From: Phoronis australis
Lineage: Eukaryota > Animalia > Phoronida
NCBI GenBank assembly: GCA_002633005.1
Contig: NMRA01000092.1
Location: forward strand, 121,115-185,114
Direction of reading: 5' to 3'
Length of the DNA: 64,000 nt
In this document: positions 1-11,642 of the stretch, one piece after another
Position numbering within the stretch: the first letter of the stretch is position 1
Layout: every line of letters starts with the position of its first letter
Translations under genes and position numbers: made by a program
The notes under the pieces: model-generated
What the model saw: only the letters and a program-made list of their open reading frames with translations
Told to the model about the DNA's origin: nothing
Databases searched by the model: none

Positions 1-1844
1 GAGCCCTGTATTCTCACCAAATCGGTCTCATAGTTGGCCTAAGCCCATTCAGTCCAAGCTGCCGCGATAGAATTCCATTACTTCCAACAATTGCAAAATT
101 CCAATAACGAGGTTAATAAATAATTTACACATTTTAATTTTAGTACGTAACACTCTCCTATCTGAACACGGCCAGAAATACAATTCCCCACTAAATGATG
201 TGTGCCTTTTTCGATTTAATTCGCTACAAACGGTTCGATTTTGGAGTACAAACTTCAACATAATTCCTTTTCCCTTGTACACAAAAGAGTCTTTAAATTT
301 CTTAATATCTGACTGATATCACAGTGGTTCCAATAATGAAAATTATATTTCTATTTACAAAACGTTGGTGGCTAAAGGTCTACTCTTTTTAACAACTTTG
401 GTGCCACCTGTTGTCAAGTATGCCTAACCCCTGACGGTGTCCCCTGTGGGCCAAGACAAATTTGTAGATCTGTTTTAGAGTTGATATTAGACTGGTTATA
501 TGCTCTACTAGTTCATTGTTTAGGGTTGTATAGCTGTTAGAAATATGCGGTTTTCACTTTATTGATGATGTATGTCATAGCCGATGCGAATTCAAAGTCG
601 GGAGTTGCCAAAGCATCAAATGAGTAACGGTCAGTCTATAAGAAACTATGAATTTCGAGTGGATGCCATGTAAAATTAGTAGGCAGTTTATAAAACTATA
701 ATCAACTACAGCTTGGGACGTTCTTGAAACGGAAAGGTTCTTGTGACAACGAGGCCAATCTGACGTCTGATCAATTGTCAGAAAATAAGAAAACAGGTCA
801 GACGTTGGACATGCGTTCACATGTGAAATTTCAAGTCTTCAGAAAGCGGATCAAACATGCGACCTGCCTGCTGATGGACGCAGTATAAAACGCTTTTCCG
901 TACCACGATAGAAAAGAGTTCACCTAATACCACCGAGGTCTTGGACAATGCTATCAATTTTGAAATGGTACTTTAAACCTTCTTATAAGACGTTTTACTT
1001 TCTAAGCTGTTTTATTAATAAATGGGTAATTCCTACCCAAATTATACAATCACAATCCAAAGATGGGAGACCTGGTTTCAACGTTCTCTTTGCCTCGGTC
1101 GGACAATTGTACCATCACAAGCAGTTAAGATTCCATGTTCTGTTAGCATGAAATGATACAATTTTAGAAAGTTGGCAATAACGCGAAATAGCAGTGGATG
1201 CAATATTAGGGACTTTGGGAATAAAACTAGACTCGCTGTTGTCGATGATTTGAACAGATTATTCTCCGCTCATACAGTGTGGACAATAAGTAAACACGAT
1301 AGTTAAATCCGGGTCGTTAATGCGTTGATCGAAATTTCGGAATTTTGATGCTGTCGGATAACTGTCCCGAGTTAGTGTGCTGCTGGCTACTACGCTCTAC
1401 AACAAGGAGATTGCATTACTCATGCCTATAAAAACAGACAATTTTGGCACTCTTTTTACTGACTCAAAACCCCGAATTATCTGCCTTGACTGCTCAGTGT
1501 TCACCCTGACATGCTGTGTCTGGATGTGTAACCTGTCTTGTGACTCAGTCTACATAGGCGGTAATAGAGAAGTGTCTCTTTATATATACTCTGAGTCAGA
1601 GAGCACTCAACGCACTTTCAGCTTAAGTGCACTTAAAATAAACTTTGCTGCTGTACTTTCATTTATTGTGCCTGTCCTCGTGCAATTTACATTCAATATG
1701 TGTGCACAGCAGAGACTTGATGGTTGCGATCCATGACACGGAAGTGCAGCGTATTGTATGATAAAAAGCGTTAAAAGTGTTAAAAAGGCACTCAAGATTG
1801 TGCTTATACCTCAGTCCGTCATTCGTGGAATCTGGTGTAGGTAA

Positions 1845-3883
1845 TCAGTCTTCACAAGCACTACAACACATCAAATGACGCCATCGTGAGGCGAAACTTA
1901 GCGCCTGCAAAGAGGAAGTGGCACAGTCCTCCGCCACGTGACGATTCCGTCTGAATCGTGATTTCAAACGCTTGAAAAATCCTTCGCGTTTTACAATGTT
2001 TGGATTATACGTAAAATCACCGATAGTGCTGTGGGTGTCCTCTGAAACAAAAGAAATGTCACCAAGTGGCACACCCACAAACGTCTTGACGTCTTCTGAA
2101 CGAATGCCATCAATGATGTATGGCTTATCGCTATTTCGCAATCTTGTTTTGATTTTCTCGTCGTATTCAGTGTCCATTGAATAATGCCCAGCAGCATAAC
2201 AAAAATCATACTGAGTCAACGTTGCAAAAGGAGACGATCTGCCGTCCTCTAGGCGAGCATCCTCGACCTCCTCTGGTTTGTTCTTAGCTCGAGGGTTTAA
2301 AGTGACATTAATCTCAACCTTACTGATTACGGATATTTCAATAATCTTTGGAAAATCCATCGTCGCAAACGAAATGTGATTGTGAGGCCAGGTGGTGACA
2401 ATAGAAGGTTTAACGTCGTCCAGTTGCATATCTTCCCAGCTGTTGGGCAGACCACTGCTCTTGAATTTTATTTCGTCCTTCTCACTAGTTTCAGCTGCAA
2501 ATGTGTTCTCTAAAAGATTTACAGTATGAGAAGAAATGGTATGATGGGACAACTTGGCGATACTGCGCAGGTTTGCATCTTCTGGGCTTATACATTTGAC
2601 GCTGCCTGATTTGCTGCACAGAGTCTCAGAGTGTGGAATGGCCTGTGTCCGGTGTATAAGTTTCCCCAATCGCAGAGGAAACTGTAGTCTCAGTCGAATA
2701 ATTGAAATCAGACAATGTGATGTCTTCTAAGTGGCCACTTCCAACGGATTTACTTTCGGATTTCAGGACTTTATGCTTACTGTCAGCATTGTCAGCCAAC
2801 TCAGCAATGTCTGACGAGTGAATGACGTCCTGTCGAACATCTTCAACGTCCCCTGGTTTGTTTCTACCTTCCAGTTTATCGACTTCTCTTCCTCCAGTAT
2901 CAATCATACATGTAGAGCTACGGCGTATGGTTTCCGAAGCAGCTATTTCAATAGAAAAAAACGTTGCACCATAAGGCAACCCATGGACATCACACGGTTT
3001 GTCGTCTTCTGCAGGAATATTCTCAATATTTCGTATTTCAGCACAACTTTCTTCCTCGGGTTGAATGACTTCTTGTCTAACATCGTCAACGTCGCTTGGT
3101 TTGTTTCTATCATCCAATTTCGGGATTTCTATCCCTCCATCATCAGGGTTACTAATTGGCTCTTTCGTTAAATTTGGCAACGGGTCGGTCTTTTGACGGT
3201 CACTAGTCTTCCCCATCCCATCTTTCTTTGTGGATATGGGGTACACTTCCTCCAAAACTGTAGACTCAGTTATCTTAATGAATTCACACAGTGTGGAGTC
3301 TTCCAAGTGATTATTTTGAACGGGTTTGCATTCAGATTTCAGGACTTTCTCCTTACTATTGTCTTGATCAGCGAACCCAGTGATACCTGACGGTTGAATG
3401 ACATCTTCGACGTCGTCTGGTTTGTTTCTACCGCTCAATTGCACGACTTCTCTCCCTTCAACACTAGGGTCATAAATAGGATCTTTCTGTACATTTGTAT
3501 TTTCATGGACATTCTGTTTTACATTCTCGTCGTTCTCAGCGGAAATGCGGGACACTTCCTCCGAAGTGTTTCTTTCACATTTAGCGTCTTCTTTGTAGAC
3601 GCTTGTCGAACTTTCAATTTTGCACTCAAGTTCACACTCGGTGACATGCCCAGCGAGGTGCGTTGATTTGCGGACAGTGTTTGCCTTTTTGCGGCGTGAT
3701 GCTATCACAAGAAGACAACACAAATCTATAACACACCTGGCATAAGATTCCATTAATTTGGTGTCAACTTCTGCTTTCTGAACAGTTTTGGAGGCGTCAG
3801 ATGCGTCTCCTGAATACTTGTCCTTCACCGCCGTGGTTCCAGAAGCGTCTTTGGTGCCAAAAGACACAATGCGCAGGAATTTC
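1845..3883 (-). CDS. Large terminal exon of an uncharacterised acidic, internally repetitive protein, with an apparent 1-nt frameshift at ~2631 (pseudogenised allele or sequencing error)
   Basis: Acceptor ctttcactgtctctag|G at 3884/3883. ORFs 3867-2626 and 2669-1845 become one frame if the extra G at 2631 is removed, as the uninterrupted duplicate at 5292-6622 shows. Three RNKPxDV(E/D)DV repeats; basic, Cys-rich C-terminus (FFKRLKSRFRR...LMCCSACED). Confidence 0.7.
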
Positions 3884-4674
3884 CTAGAGACAGTGAAAGT
3901 AAACTTTCTCTGTCGTTCTTAGCACAATTTGCCAAATAAAGTCTATAAGCCATGATATCGCAACTTTTATAAAGTCCAGAATAACTCTGTAAGCCATTCC
4001 CGGGTTCATTTTACAAAATTTAAATGTAAAGTGAATACGTCACGAATAGTCTGACGTCACCAATCGTACACGTCAAATGCAAACTACCGGGAATTTGCGA
4101 AAATACAGACTCAACCCAAAGCAAGTACGCACATCGGCGTATTTTCGAGTTGGTTGAAAGGGTGGCTATCTGTCTTGTGTGAGGTGCATGCGTGATATTT
4201 TGCAGTGCTAACCACATAAATGATAATTGTGCATCCTGGTAACATTTTAGTGTGAGGTATCCATAGCTTTCGTGGAATTGTAAATACACTGTACGTGCAT
4301 TCGCGTTCAGTCCAATACAGCTAGGGGGCTGCATCTTTAACAGGGTTTTCGCTAGCCTTTTAGCCAGTAAAACTGATATCGGGTAGAAAAATGTTCAAAT
4401 TTAGAGCATAATTTAGAAAACCGTAACAGCGTTTTGGAGATTTCCCGGTGAATTTACTATCGACGAACCTTCATTTTTTTGCTAAATTTTACTAATTCCA
4501 AAGGCTTTCTACTTTCAGAAATTGTTACCGATTTCAAATGTACAGAATTGTAAATAACCTTTAAGTTGCTGGACCCGAATTTCCCGAATAGGAAAGCCAA
4601 CATTCAAATGACCGGTTTTTAGTATTTTATACATCGAAGCTAATCTTGATCTTTGATAACCGAGCCTGAGCTGA

Positions 4675-4675
<1 letters not shown>

Positions 4676-4719
<44 letters not shown>
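4676..4719. repeat. (GA)n microsatellite
   Basis: Direct reading of the gagagaga run. Confidence 0.95.
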
Positions 4720-4722
<3 letters not shown>

Positions 4723-5291
4723 CTCGAGCTCTCTCAACGATGAGTTACGTATACAACACCTCAGTGAACGAGGAATATCCCGCGGTGCTGTGACGATCAT
4801 TTTTTAAATTAAATTTTGTTGATATTAGGTATTATATGTAGATAGACCTCATTATTTGGAGTGTGTCGACCATTTCTCAATATGATTTACCATTCTAGAG
4901 TTATTCGATATTTCCGATATCTCTTGATTCATTGGTTGATGTCCCGTGCCGTATCTCCGGCTTCCTCTGTCGGTTGTTTCTGAAATTTGTAAAGTGGGTA
5001 TATGTTGTCAAGCGCTGTCTGCGTTTTTCTGNATGACGTAAGGGCTTGTGCGCAAGCTCACAGATTTCGTCCATTGAAAGTATACGGAGTTGGCGGTCCA
5101 TGTACTATAGTCTATGGTGCAATTTACATTCAATATGCGTGCACAGCAGAGACTTGATGGTTGCGAACCATACACGGAAGTGCAGCGTATTGTATGATAA
5201 AAAGCGTTAAAAGTGTTTTAACACTTTTAACGCTTTTTTCAAGATTGTGCTTATACCTCAGTCCGTCATTCGTGGAATCCGGTGTAGGTAA

Positions 5292-6622
5292 TCAGTCTTC
5301 ACAAGCACTACAACACATCAAATGCCGCCATCGTGAGGCGAAACTTAGCGCCTGCAAAGAGGAAGTGGCACAGTCCTCCACCACGTGACGACTTCGTCTG
5401 AATCGTGATTTCAAACGCTTGAAAAATCCTTCGCGTTTTACAATATTTAGATTATACGTAAAATCACCGATAGTGCTGTGGGTGTCCTCTGAAACAGAAG
5501 AAATGTCATCAAGAGGCACATCCACAATCGTCTTGACGTCTTCTGAACGAATGCCATCAATGATGTATGGCTTGTCGCTATTTCGCAATCTTGTTTTGAT
5601 TTTCTCGTCGTATTCATTGTCCATTGAATAATGTCCAGCAGCATAACAAAAATCATACTGAGTCAACGTTGCAAAAGGAAACGATCTGTCGTCCCCTAGG
5701 CGAGCATCCTCGACCTCCTCTGGTTTGTTCTTAGCTTGAGGATTTAAAGTGACATTAATCTCAACCTTACTGATTACGGATATTTCAATAATCTTTGGAA
5801 AATCCAACGTCGCAAACGAAATGTGATTGTGAGGCCAGGTGGTGACAATGGAATGTTTAACGTCGTCCAGTTGCATATCTTCACCGTTGTTGGGCAGACC
5901 ACTGCTCTTAAATTTTATTTCGTCCTCCTCACCAGTTTCAGCTGCAAATGTTTTCTCTAAAAGATTTACATTATGAGAAGAAATGGTATGATGGGACAAC
6001 TTGGCGTTACTGTGCAGGTTTGCATCTTCTGGGCTTATACATTTGACGCTGCCTGATTTGCTGCACAGAGTCTCAGATGTGGAGTGGCCTGTGTCCGGTG
6101 TATAAGTTTCCCCAATCACAGAGGAAACTGTAGTCTCAGTCGAATCATTGAAATCAGACAATGTGATGTCTTCTAAGTGGCCACTTCCAACGGATTTACT
6201 TTCGGATTTCAGGACTTTCTCCATACTGTCAGCAGTGTCAGCCAACTCAGCAATGCCTGACGAGTGAATGACGTCCTGTCGAACATCGTCAACGTCGCCT
6301 GGTTTGTTTCTACCTTCCAGTTTATCGACTTCTCTTCCTCCAGTATCAATCATACATGTAGAGCTACGGCGTATGGTTTCTGAAGCAGCTATTTCAATAG
6401 AAAAAAACTTTGCACCATAAGGCAACCCATGGACATCACACGGTTTGTCGTCTTCTGCAGGAATATTCTCAATATTTCGTATTTCGGCACAACTTTCTTC
6501 CTCGGGTTGGATGACTTCTTGTCCAACATCGTCAACGTCGCTTGGTTTGTTTCTATCATCCAATTTCGGGATTTCTATCCCTCCATCATCAGGGTTACTA
6601 ATTGGCTCTTTCGTTAAATTTG
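5292..6622 (-). pseudogene. 5'-truncated duplicate of the 3' part of the acidic-protein exon (open frame, but no start codon or phase-compatible acceptor)
   Basis: 5117-6622 aligns nearly base for base with 1680-3176. Similarity stops abruptly at 6622, and an in-frame TAA lies a few codons upstream. Confidence 0.65.
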
Positions 6623-6704
6623 ACGAGACAGGTGAAGAACTACTTTATTCTTAAGAAGCCTACATTCTGAATCTACATTAATGAGTTAATGAAGCGGCCA
6701 TAAA

Positions 6705-6778
6705 CACGGGCGGCGCACCATAGGGGGCTGCCTGGGGGACTATAGCCCCCCACTTTTTTCAGGGCTGCGCCGCCCATG
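6705..6778. mobile_element. 74-bp GC-rich MITE with 5-bp TSD (hAT5-like)
   Basis: Ends CACGGGCGGCGCA / TGCGCCGCCCATG, flanked by ATAAA on both sides (6700-6704, 6779-6783). Confidence 0.7.
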
Positions 6779-8133
6779 ATAAATCTCGCTTCCAAAAAAC
6801 AAATTTGATTTAGACCACACACCGTTACGGAACTGGCCTCCTATTGGTCAATTGGAGACGGTTTAAGGCTTCTAAAGAACTGAAGTTAATGCTTTGCTTG
6901 TTACGACTTGTCACTTTATGCGTTGAGCATAGTCTCAAGGAACAACGCTTTCAGTTGCTAACCCCCCGGAAAGGGCGATAAGTGGTCTAAATCAAAAGCT
7001 CCCTTTTTATGACGGAACGGGAGTTTACAAATATCATACACTCCTCAGGTAGGAGGCTATCCGTATATATCCCCCTCACACTCTGGATTGTTGAAGTTTG
7101 CCCGTTTCGGCACAACGAAGGACAGATTCGACAGTGGATCTCTGATATTACTGAGCGATAAAATATGTTAGCGCCATCTATTGTAAATGCCTGGTACCGG
7201 CAGCGTACCATTCGGTTGGCAGCGTAAATCAGTGCCTACAACCGCGTAAGTGTAATTTTTTAGATTTTATTGTCCTTCGCAGGAGTTTGTAGTCGAAAAG
7301 GGACGAGAAGGACTTTGTATCACCCTTTTCAGTCAATAAAATGTCATTGTCGCCATACTGGCGGATCGTCCTAAATTAGCAATTTTCCGAAATACATCAG
7401 TCATTTTTACACGAAGGAGCATCTTTACAGTGCACTACAATAGGCGCACGGAGCGGACGATGAGGGCTGAAGGCATCACCACATGTAGCGTGATCCTTCT
7501 TTGTGTCCTGGAGTGCCCCTCCCCCATTTGGAACATTTGTGTTTATTCAAAAGAAAATGCTACTGCAAAAAAAATTAAAAGTGGCAGTTACTTGTCTTGT
7601 GAGAAGAATATAAATAACGTTTCTATAGTCCACTTTATTACGTACCACAATATTCATCTCCGCACCACAGTGCTTTTGTCTTGCGATTTGTTTTGTGATT
7701 GAGATGCCGAAGCTTCATTCCGTCAGTCAAACAACTGACGTGTTCCGCTTTAGTAAAACTCGATAATGACGTTTCGTCCCTTCTCAGCGCCCTCATGTGG
7801 GTGAACCAAGACATTATAATGCAATCAGTAGCATGTGGAATCCAAAGATCTGCTTGTGTAGAAAACAATCTGTCCTGGCGTCTTAGGTCGAGCGTTTAGC
7901 AGAGCACAATCGGCACACTAGTCCAGTAATTCGCCCCAAGTGTTGCGAGTGAGACAGTTCATAGGGAGTTGTCGAAATTGAAAAAGCGATAAAGGTTTTA
8001 CAGAACATTGCTTTGTTTCAAGATGCTAAGTTGGCGCCAATATCCTCAAAATCTTCAAAATCCTGGCTTAGTATACTTTATACGATTTCAGAATTAAAGA
8101 AAGAAACATTTGGTCTACTGGGAGTGCATTTAC

Positions 8134-8357
8134 CTTTTGGTATGCCTGTCTTGTTTAATTAGGCTCTCAGAGGATGCGCGTTTTTCGTAGCCGTTCTTTT
8201 CCTGTTTTTTAATTACATCCCTTCGTCTCAATAGTTCTATCGGATGGGTCCCATGATGGTATCGATTGTCATATGTGAAAAGGGAGTTGTTTGTGCGACG
8301 CTCGCTGAGTAGATGTACACCAGACTGACGGGAAAAGTTTTTGATGGCCATGTACAT
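8134..8357 (-). CDS. Putative first coding exon of an uncharacterised acidic repeat protein
   Basis: ORF MYMAIKNFSRQ...QDRHTK ends at donor-like AAAAG|GTAAAT (8134/8133) in phase 2. This matches the phase-2 acceptor at 3884/3883 (AG+G=Arg, then KFLRIVSFG). The join is inferred from phase compatibility only. Confidence 0.45.
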
Positions 8358-8695
8358 GTCGGTCTAAACAATTATCTATACCATGTTACGGAGTTTTTGT
8401 GCTCAAACCGTAAACAAAGATTTCAGCGATTTTTGAAGTAAAAGTGTTACTTTTAAACTGTTACCTTTATCAATGGATTGATCCAAGATTAATTTTAACT
8501 CACATTAATTCTGAAAACTTTTTAGAGGAATTCCCCAACAAATCCCCGCGCGAAACCTTGCCTCTCGTGCTCTCCCGGTCAGGCGCCCTTCACGTTCTGG
8601 CACCTGTGCACATTCGGAAATCACCTAAAATTTCTCACTGAGAAATACGCATTTGAAAAAATCTTGCAGATTAAAAGTGACCCAAGAAACCTTAA

Positions 8696-9223
8696 GGAGG
8701 CATGGAAGACGAAAGCTCGTCAAAGCATCTTTTAAACTATTCCTGGCGAAAGCACCATCTCGCAACGCCTAGTACATAGTAATCCCTGTGAGCAAATGTC
8801 CACAAAAAATCGCGATTTTTGAAATACGCGCGAAAGAAAAACTCTGTTGTTACCACAGAGTTTCTAATTTCCCTCCCACTTGTGATAAATGCGTGCGTGC
8901 GCTTACAGTTAGTTGCTTGAAGTCGCTTGAGGTCAGGTCATATACTCCATATAATGGAAATGTGATACGTCTATGTCTTGCCATACCAAATAAGGAGAGA
9001 CGTGCTTTGCTTTGTTGGAGAAAAAATCGACGAAATGGTAAGCGGTTGTCAGATCGTTTTTTGAAACTTGAAACTAAAAGAAAATGCTTTGATATCAACA
9101 GAAATTAAGAATCTTTACGAACAAGCCCTAAAAATACCTAGTGAGTAGGTTTAATTCTGTTTCAGAAGCAGAGAACCACTTTCAATATTGCAATGTAGTT
9201 TACTAATCGCGTACCAGGCCTCT
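8696..9223. mobile_element. Putative Kolobok-like non-autonomous DNA transposon
   Basis: TTAA on both flanks; imperfect TIRs GGAGGCATGG / CCAGGCCTCT. Confidence 0.4.
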
Positions 9224-10189
9224 TTAAACACCACGCTATGTGCGCGTTTAGTTTGTGAACTTCTCAAAAAAAACAAGTATTAGCTTCTAGTTTTCATGAA
9301 ATTGAGAAAATTGGTAATATTCATAATTCATTTATTCATTAAGAAATTCCTGACAATTCGATCTTACAGAACTTTTGTCCTAAAAAAATCACAAAATAGA
9401 CGCTTTACAGTGGTTCAAGGTCTTAAAAAGATGGTTAGAAATTTCATTGATTTTTGCGACCTAAACATAAAAATCACGAAATCAGCTCTCACAAATTTTA
9501 TTCGAAGCTTCCCTTCGCATGATGTTAGTTGGTTTCTACCGTACCGTCAAACTGAATTTATGATTGAAGGGCTACCTACCATTGACTTGGATAGGACTAA
9601 TTTTGGACGGGTTAGCCAACTTCGCAAATTTAAAAGCTTTTTGACACGCGCTTGCGTGCTGACGCCTCTGAGTGATAGAGACAGCAATCCCTACCGGGAT
9701 CTGCGGAAATGTTCGAGACATCGTCTGTGTACTTGACTACTTGTTTCATTAATAGTCATCAAAAAGGACTGTTTAGATCATTCACCGTGAAGCGCACTGA
9801 TTCAGAAATTTTCTAAACATTTCAAAATAATGCTAAACTTATCTTTATACGCGGTCCCTAAAAAGTCCCTAAATTTTCCTCTGCTTTTTGAAAACCGAAA
9901 AGCTGCACTGGGTACGTCTGTCATTTTGTGACTCTCGCTCGTTTTTTGACTTCATCGCTTATTTGAACAGTGTTCGTCCATCGTAGGATAAAAGACCTCA
10001 CAATCCAAGCTATAACCAAATCATTAAAAAAATTCCAACTGAACAATTACACGTAGGCCTATAGAATATGCTCATTTGCCAAATTTCTTATAAGTTAAGG
10101 GCTAAAGCAAAAGGTAGACAGCTCTTTTCAATAAGTATGCATTGGGTTGCTATGCGTGTGACGGCTCAACACGTCAAGATAAACATATA

Positions 10190-10475
10190 GGCTGCACTTG
10201 ATTGACTTCGCCGGCTCAACCGCCTAAGACATCAGTTGAAAAGCCGGAAGTCGTCATCGGGAACCAACCAGCCTCCCGTTTAGTAGCGCTAAGACCTCGC
10301 TAAAAGCAAGACTTTGCGAGATTACGTGAGATATTGCCGTGTAATTTGAATGAGATCACGTGACTTTGGCTAGACTTGAGCGAGGTCCTAGGGTAGGTCC
10401 TAGCGTTACTGAACGCACGCCAGATGTCTTAGCTGGCTGACCTGGCGAAACCAGCGACGTCAATCAAGTCCACCC
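10190..10475 (+). mobile_element. MITE family E copy, interrupted by a family D MITE
   Basis: Ends GGCTGCACTTGATTGACTTCGC / GCGACGTCAATCAAGTCCACCC. Related uninterrupted inverted copies at 19392-19537 and 28417-28581. Confidence 0.65.
10271..10421 (-). mobile_element. MITE family D copy (Harbinger-like), nested in family E
   Basis: Reverse complement of 43305-43459 and 23047-23186; CAG on both flanks. Confidence 0.75.
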
Positions 10476-11114
10476 ATCTGTACCCTGCACATGTTCGTCA
10501 GTTTTCGAGTTGATTATTAATGTAGGTATCGAGAGAAAGTAATCATTGGTAGGTCTACCAAGGAAACATCACCAGGGTCAAGTATCATCTTCTTACGGAT
10601 GAGTAACCACTATAGATCTTAGTAATGTCGAAAAAGAAAAGTTCCCCTGTTAAGGTTCTCGTAGGCTTGAGGAACAGGTCAACCAGGGAGACTCCTTGTC
10701 AACTAGGTGCAGTAAAGTTTGACGAAGTCGAATTTGTCTGTGCCCCTATAACAATTCTACCTTCCCGCGGGCCACCGTTCTGATTGGTACAATGGATGCA
10801 TTACGTCAGTGTCGTTATTTTAGCATAATGTTTGTCATGAAAAACACCACAGACTATTTACGATTTGATTTTAACTTGAAGTAAACGCTTACAACGCGGC
10901 AATCTTGATTCACCAATATGAAATTACAAGTCGTCACATTAAAACACAGACCAGCTTAGTTTTCATCACTGCATGAAGATTACCAACAGCAATTGCCCTC
11001 TTTCTAGGCATTTTTGTCCACGAGTTATGAAATCGTATCTGCATCACATATGACATTCACATGCATTGCCTCAAAGTCGCCCACTGACACGACTGGATAC
11101 TTGCACGCGAACAA

Positions 11115-11177
11115 TTATCGCTTGTCCTTATTGAAAACGTCTACATTTTCGCATAACATCTGTTTCCGCCTGTTGAT
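11115..11177 (-). CDS. GnRH/AKH-superfamily neuropeptide precursor, last coding exon (INRRKQMLCENVDVFNKDKR*)
   Basis: Strong acceptor ttttaatttccttttcag| at 11178, phase 0 like the donor at 13104. Supplies the second Cys of the precursor-related peptide; stop TAA at 11117-11115. Confidence 0.7.
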   Translation of the reverse strand: MNRRKQMLCENVDVFNKDKR

Positions 11178-11286
11178 CTGAAAAGGAAATTAAAATCATT
11201 TGAAGTAGCATTCATAGTAGAGGGGGACGATACAGTCTCGTCCATCACTATGCAACAAAGAACAACTACGAATAGCGGAACAGATA

Positions 11287-11444
11287 CAGGGGCGGATCCA
11301 GGATTTTGAGTTAAGGGAGGCCAGGGCAGAGTATTAGCCAGGAATTTACCCGTCAGACAGTCGCACCCCCGAACTGCCAAATGGAATCTGGGAGAATTTT
11401 AGGGGGACATGATCCCCTTGACCCTTCCCCTAAATCCGCCACTG
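11287..11444. mobile_element. 158-bp GC-rich MITE with 5-bp TSD (hAT5-like), intronic
   Basis: Ends CAGGGGCGGATCCAGG / CCTAAATCCGCCACTG, flanked by AGATA on both sides. Confidence 0.8.
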
Positions 11445-11481
11445 AGATAGAAAAACGTTTTTTCATAGTCTCTGATAGAGA

Positions 11482-11642
11482 TAGGTATAGTAATTTACTT
11501 ACTCAGAGACTGCGTGGAAGTCGTTTCGGACGTTTCGAACTGCACTCTACCCGCCACTCGTTGACAAACAACTGAGGAGTGCAGTACGAAACGTCTGAAA
11601 CAGCCACCACGCAGTCTGTGAATAAGTGAATTACTTTCCCTA
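11482..11642. repeat. Fold-back palindrome (~70-bp imperfect arms), probable MITE
   Basis: TAGGTATAGTAATTTACTTACTCAGAGACTGCGTGG...ACTGCACTC pairs with GAGTGCAGT...CCACGCAGTCTGTGAATAAGTGAATTACTTTCCCTA. Confidence 0.75.

Noticed and set aside
1972-6654. Plus-strand and alternate-frame ORFs (1972, 1991, 2818, 3193, 3394, 5419, 5447, 6429, 6445)
   Set aside because: Shadows of the long minus-strand frame and its duplicate.
11572-11597. Hammerhead-like CTGAGGA-GTGCAGTAC-GAAACGTC inside the fold-back
   Set aside because: Stem II is marginal, no convincing stem I, and the motif would be sequestered in the long hairpin.
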